The notes below the pieces were generated by a model. The model was not told where the DNA came from. It was given only the letters and a program-made list of their open reading frames with translations, and ran no database searches. Position numbers and translations under genes: made by a program. This document shows, piece after piece, positions 3,433 through 6,510 of a stretch of DNA of 6,510 nucleotides. How positions within the stretch are numbered: the stretch's first letter is position 1; each line of letters opens with the position of its first letter. Source of the DNA: a virus; IMG/VR virus record IMGVR_UViG_3300045988_011095, positions 1-6,510 of that record; one strand, written 5' to 3'.

Positions 3433-4581
3433 TCAATGATTATAATTATGATTATAATTAGTACTAGAACTTGTGCTATGACTAGTGGACTGAGAGAATG
3501 ACTTAGAAATAATCCTACGAGGTAAGAAATTACCTATAGTATTACCAATACTAGTGCCATAATCAATCCATTTATCAGCATCAAAATACTTATACCTCTT
3601 CTTTTCATTTCTAGAACGATACCAGTCTTCAATATTCTTGCTTCGAGCATTATCTTGAGAAAGACCGAGCTTGAGTTCTTCATTATGATAAGCAGCAGAA
3701 GATTGATTAGCGGCAATATTAGCAGCAATTTGAGACTCAGCAATACGAGAAGCAACCTTATTAGAAATGTTTTGACCACGAGCACGAGCAGCGGCTAGAA
3801 CTTCCTCAGCTAGAGACTTTTTAGCATTAGCATAAGAAAGATATCCAGACGCCATACGTTGATAATAATCCGCAGCCTTAACATTCAAATCAAGTTGTTG
3901 ATTTTGGTCAAGATACTTATTTAAAATACCTTTAGACTCATTATCAAGAAGCATACCAGAATGTTGAGCGCGCATAATAAGACCAGTCATTGCCATGTTA
4001 TCAACTTCTTGTTGTTCCTTAGCATAACCAAGTTGAGCGCGAGCCAAGCCGGTAGATTTCAAATAATTACGAGTTTCATCAGTAAGCTTTCCCCAATCAA
4101 TATTAGAAAGAGTTTCCATAGCCTTAGCATCAGCAAGTTGCCGAGCGCCTTGCAATTGAGATTTTTCAGATTGAATCAACTCATATTGGAAAATGTTACC
4201 AATGGAAGAACCTATACCGGAATAATCAGCCTGAAAAGGCTGCATAACAGCATTTCCAGAAGAAGTAGCAGCAGAACCAGTACCAACAGATTGAGCTACA
4301 CCGGCGGAACCACCATTCATCATCAGATAAGGATTCAAACCAGCTTCTTCGAGACGTTGACGTTGCGCGGATGCAGTATTATATGCGTTTTCCTTGTTCC
4401 ACATATTTTCCTGAAAATCGCGCTGCTGCATAGCCATACGCTCGTTAAACTGGTTGTTCATCTGGTTAATCTTATAATTCATCTGGTTAGTCTCCTTGAC
4501 ATTTTGTCTATTCTGCGAGTTCTGAAGAGCAGAAGAACCAAGGCCAAAGAGACCACCAGCGATTGAACCAAAAATACCCAT
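3433..4581 (-). CDS. VP2: VP2-like minor capsid / DNA pilot protein, 382 aa
   Basis: It has a Gly-rich hydrophobic N-terminus (MGIFGSIAGGLFGLGSSALQ), then a Q/N-rich segment, long predicted helical A/Q/E-rich segments and a low-complexity S/T/N tail. Its size, composition and position next to the capsid and scaffold genes fit microvirus VP2/H-type proteins. Its ATG overlaps the upstream stop (TAATG, 4579..4583). The assignment rests on composition and synteny, not on a motif. Confidence 0.65.
   Translation of the reverse strand: MGIFGSIAGGLFGLGSSALQNSQNRQNVKETNQMNYKINQMNNQFNERMAMQQRDFQENMWNKENAYNTASAQRQRLEEAGLNPYLMMNGGSAGVAQSVGTGSAATSSGNAVMQPFQADYSGIGSSIGNIFQYELIQSEKSQLQGARQLADAKAMETLSNIDWGKLTDETRNYLKSTGLARAQLGYAKEQQEVDNMAMTGLIMRAQHSGMLLDNESKGILNKYLDQNQQLDLNVKAADYYQRMASGYLSYANAKKSLAEEVLAAARARGQNISNKVASRIAESQIAANIAANQSSAAYHNEELKLGLSQDNARSKNIEDWYRSRNEKKRYKYFDADKWIDYGTSIGNTIGNFLPRRIISKSFSQSTSHSTSSSTNYNHNYNH
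3436..3459. repeat. Perfect 12-nt tandem duplication (atgattataatt x2) at the 3' end of VP2, encoding NYNH-NYNH before the stop
   Basis: Read directly: 3436..3447 equals 3448..3459. On the minus strand this is AAT TAT AAT CAT AAT TAT AAT CAT TGA. Confidence 0.9.
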
Positions 4582-5063
4582 TATTCAGCAGAAGCAGCAT
4601 TAGCGGAAGCAGCGGCCGCTTTTTCTGCCTCTTGTTTAGCGGTTTCAGCGTCAATTAAAGATTGAGCTTCAGATTCCAATTTTTCAGCACAAGCTGACAA
4701 CTCTTTAGACCAAGCAAGGATTTCAGAAGGAGACTGAATATAACGAGAACGAACAGTAGACAAAAGGTCGTTATCGGACATAGTATCCATTATTTGCTGA
4801 AGCTGAGAAGGAGATTGTTTACTTTGTCCAAACTTAGAAGCTACATCAATACCAGCACGTAATGCCAAGTCTTTGGCATGAAGAATCAAATGAATATCAG
4901 AAGTATAACGTACCGGACGAGATTCGTCAGTATCATCAATTTCTACACGAAGCTGTTCCGTAGAATCAAACTGTGGAGCAACTGCAAAATCATCAGGCTC
5001 GACATTAGGAATAAGTCCAGAACCTTGTTCCAAACTATTCAAATTATTAAATTTTCCAATCAT
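4581..5063 (-). CDS. Acidic roughly 160-aa protein between VP1 and VP2; possible internal scaffolding (VP3-like) protein
   Basis: This is the track ORF 4581..5090. Its start at 5090 is a TTG that overlaps the VP1 stop, whereas the first ATG is at 5063..5061 (MIGKFNNLNSLEQG...), 17 nt after the VP1 stop; I prefer the ATG. The protein is D/E-rich with an Ala/Glu-rich helical C-terminus (AETAKQEAEKAAAASANAASAE). The scaffold role is inferred only from size, charge and position. Confidence 0.6.
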   Translation of the reverse strand: MIGKFNNLNSLEQGSGLIPNVEPDDFAVAPQFDSTEQLRVEIDDTDESRPVRYTSDIHLILHAKDLALRAGIDVASKFGQSKQSPSQLQQIMDTMSDNDLLSTVRSRYIQSPSEILAWSKELSACAEKLESEAQSLIDAETAKQEAEKAAAASANAASAE

Positions 5064-5080
5064 AATCAAAACAAAATTTA

Positions 5081-6510
5081 TTAAGCCCAACCATCAGCAG
5101 ACAAATTACGGGCAACATAACAACCAATATAAGAGTTAACCAAAAGCTGGTCAGTATCCCAAGTAGAATCCGCATTAACTCCAAATATCGAATCAAGAAC
5201 AGAAGGATTAACCTTAAAGAACTTATAATTCAAAACAACATTGTTATTCTGATTAACATCACCTTCATTGTATCCAAAACCAAACCATCCGGAAAGGAGA
5301 GACTCCGTAACAGGAGATACCCAAGATTTGAGAGTAGTAGTAAAGGCACCATTGATAACATCAAGCTTGGTCTTCCAATTAAAGTAACGAGGATTATAAC
5401 CAGCATTAAACAGATTAACTATAGAGGCTTTCGGAGAATTGAAAATCTGTGTCATAGGGAGAGTTTCCATACCAATATTATCAAACTCGGGAATAGGAAG
5501 GGATTCCGCATCAGTTACCAACAATTGACCATCCTGACCAGTGATAGTATAATCAAGCAAAGGAACGGCATGATAAATACACATAACGACACAATGTTCG
5601 TTAGTAGTGTATTCAAAAGTGCCATTACCGGCACCGACACCTTTACCAGCAATAACAGCAGTATCACCTTCTCCAGCAAGATTATTATTGACAACTTCAC
5701 TGATATCAAGATTACGGGAAATACCACCGATATAAGTACACAAATTGGAAAGAGACTGTGGTAAGTTCACACCAAAGTGCTTGCGAATCTGCTCACGATA
5801 ATCGGTATCACCAGACTGACTGATTTCTTTCCAACGTTGAAGGGCCTCAGCTTGGCGAAGAGCAAGAACAGAGAATTGAGATTTAAGGGATGACAAATCA
5901 ACATGAAGCTTAGAACCTGCAGGTACAGTATTAGATGCAGAAGCATCAAATGCAAAAAAGGGAACCGGAGCAGTACCATTAGTAACAGCAGAAGCAATAG
6001 ATACAGTACTATTTTTCGAGTCTTTTCCCAAAAGGACGTCAGAATCTCCAAAAGAACCTATATCAATAACAGAAACATCACCAAATTGAGAGTTTGGGAG
6101 AACACCCATTAACATGTCTTTGTTCCAATTACAATATTTGAGGTCAAACATTGTGTCAGATTTCCAATAGGAAGAAGAAGATACAGGAATAGTAGAAGTA
6201 GTAAATATAGAAGGAGCAGTACCAGAATAGTAATCTACATTATAAGATGAAGGATTGGATTTTTCCCATTGAGACCAACGGAAAAAGTCTTGATAAATTT
6301 TCTGATAAGCAAGAATAGGGAAAATATTAACAACAGTATTTTGAATATAGGCCTGAGTATAAGAAGAAGAAGTGTTATACTTCAAAGACGTAGACCACCA
6401 ACGATTGCCAGAAGTAGGAAGAGTTTGAACAATATTTCCATAACCAAGATAGCTCAACAACTTAAAAGCCAAATCTCCACGGTTAAAGCCAAATGAATTC
6501 GCAAAAAAAC
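5081..6510 (-). CDS. VP1: Major capsid protein VP1, C-terminal part (the ORF enters from the right edge; the true N-terminus is at 540..1 across the circular junction)
   Basis: The frame stays open from the window edge: 6508..6473 reads FFANSFGFNRGD upstream of the track's TTG 'start' at 6472. It contains the capsid-family motif LRQAEALQRWKEISQSGDTDYREQIRKHFGV (ALQ.W.E....G..Y.EQI..HFGV) and NWNKDMLMGVLPNSQFGD. TAA stop at 5081..5083. Confidence 0.93.
   Translation of the reverse strand, partial: FFANSFGFNRGDLAFKLLSYLGYGNIVQTLPTSGNRWWSTSLKYNTSSSYTQAYIQNTVVNIFPILAYQKIYQDFFRWSQWEKSNPSSYNVDYYSGTAPSIFTTSTIPVSSSSYWKSDTMFDLKYCNWNKDMLMGVLPNSQFGDVSVIDIGSFGDSDVLLGKDSKNSTVSIASAVTNGTAPVPFFAFDASASNTVPAGSKLHVDLSSLKSQFSVLALRQAEALQRWKEISQSGDTDYREQIRKHFGVNLPQSLSNLCTYIGGISRNLDISEVVNNNLAGEGDTAVIAGKGVGAGNGTFEYTTNEHCVVMCIYHAVPLLDYTITGQDGQLLVTDAESLPIPEFDNIGMETLPMTQIFNSPKASIVNLFNAGYNPRYFNWKTKLDVINGAFTTTLKSWVSPVTESLLSGWFGFGYNEGDVNQNNNVVLNYKFFKVNPSVLDSIFGVNADSTWDTDQLLVNSYIGCYVARNLSADGWA
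6392..6510. repeat. Terminal redundancy: right copy of the circular-genome overlap, identical to 1..119
   Basis: See feature 1..119. Confidence 0.95.

Noticed and set aside
3961-4566. A 201-aa + strand ORF antisense to VP2.
   Set aside because: It lies entirely inside a well-supported gene on the other strand. Its S/I/L/H-rich composition is low-complexity, with no motif. It is a typical antisense shadow ORF.

Overview
The window is a complete circular ssDNA Microviridae genome with a unit length of 6391 nt. It is linearised inside the major capsid gene and shown as the complement of the coding strand. Positions 1..119 are identical to 6392..6510, which is the circular overlap. All convincing genes are on the minus strand. 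In transcription order they are a 57-aa ORF, a 29-aa transmembrane peptide, a 102-aa M15/LAS-type zinc peptidase, the 565-aa rolling-circle Rep VP4, the 616-aa capsid VP1 (split by the window ends), a roughly 160-aa acidic scaffold-like protein, and the 382-aa VP2-like pilot protein. Three things suggest an Alpavirinae-like, Bacteroidota-infecting microvirus: the large VP1 and VP4, the absence of Shine-Dalgarno sequences, and a TTTG-N21-TAnnTTTG promoter; this host and lineage assignment is inference. The main anomaly is a roughly 430-nt GC-enriched non-coding island (2941..3370) packed with nested helices and G-rich direct repeats. It lies between the apparent operon terminator (3372..3409) and the apparent operon promoter (2875..2907). 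The second notable point is an endolysin-like peptidase plus small TM peptide cassette, which differs from the single-gene lysis of classical microviruses. No rRNA, tRNA, CRISPR array or transposase was found. I could not run any homology or covariance search, so all family assignments rest on motifs read by eye.
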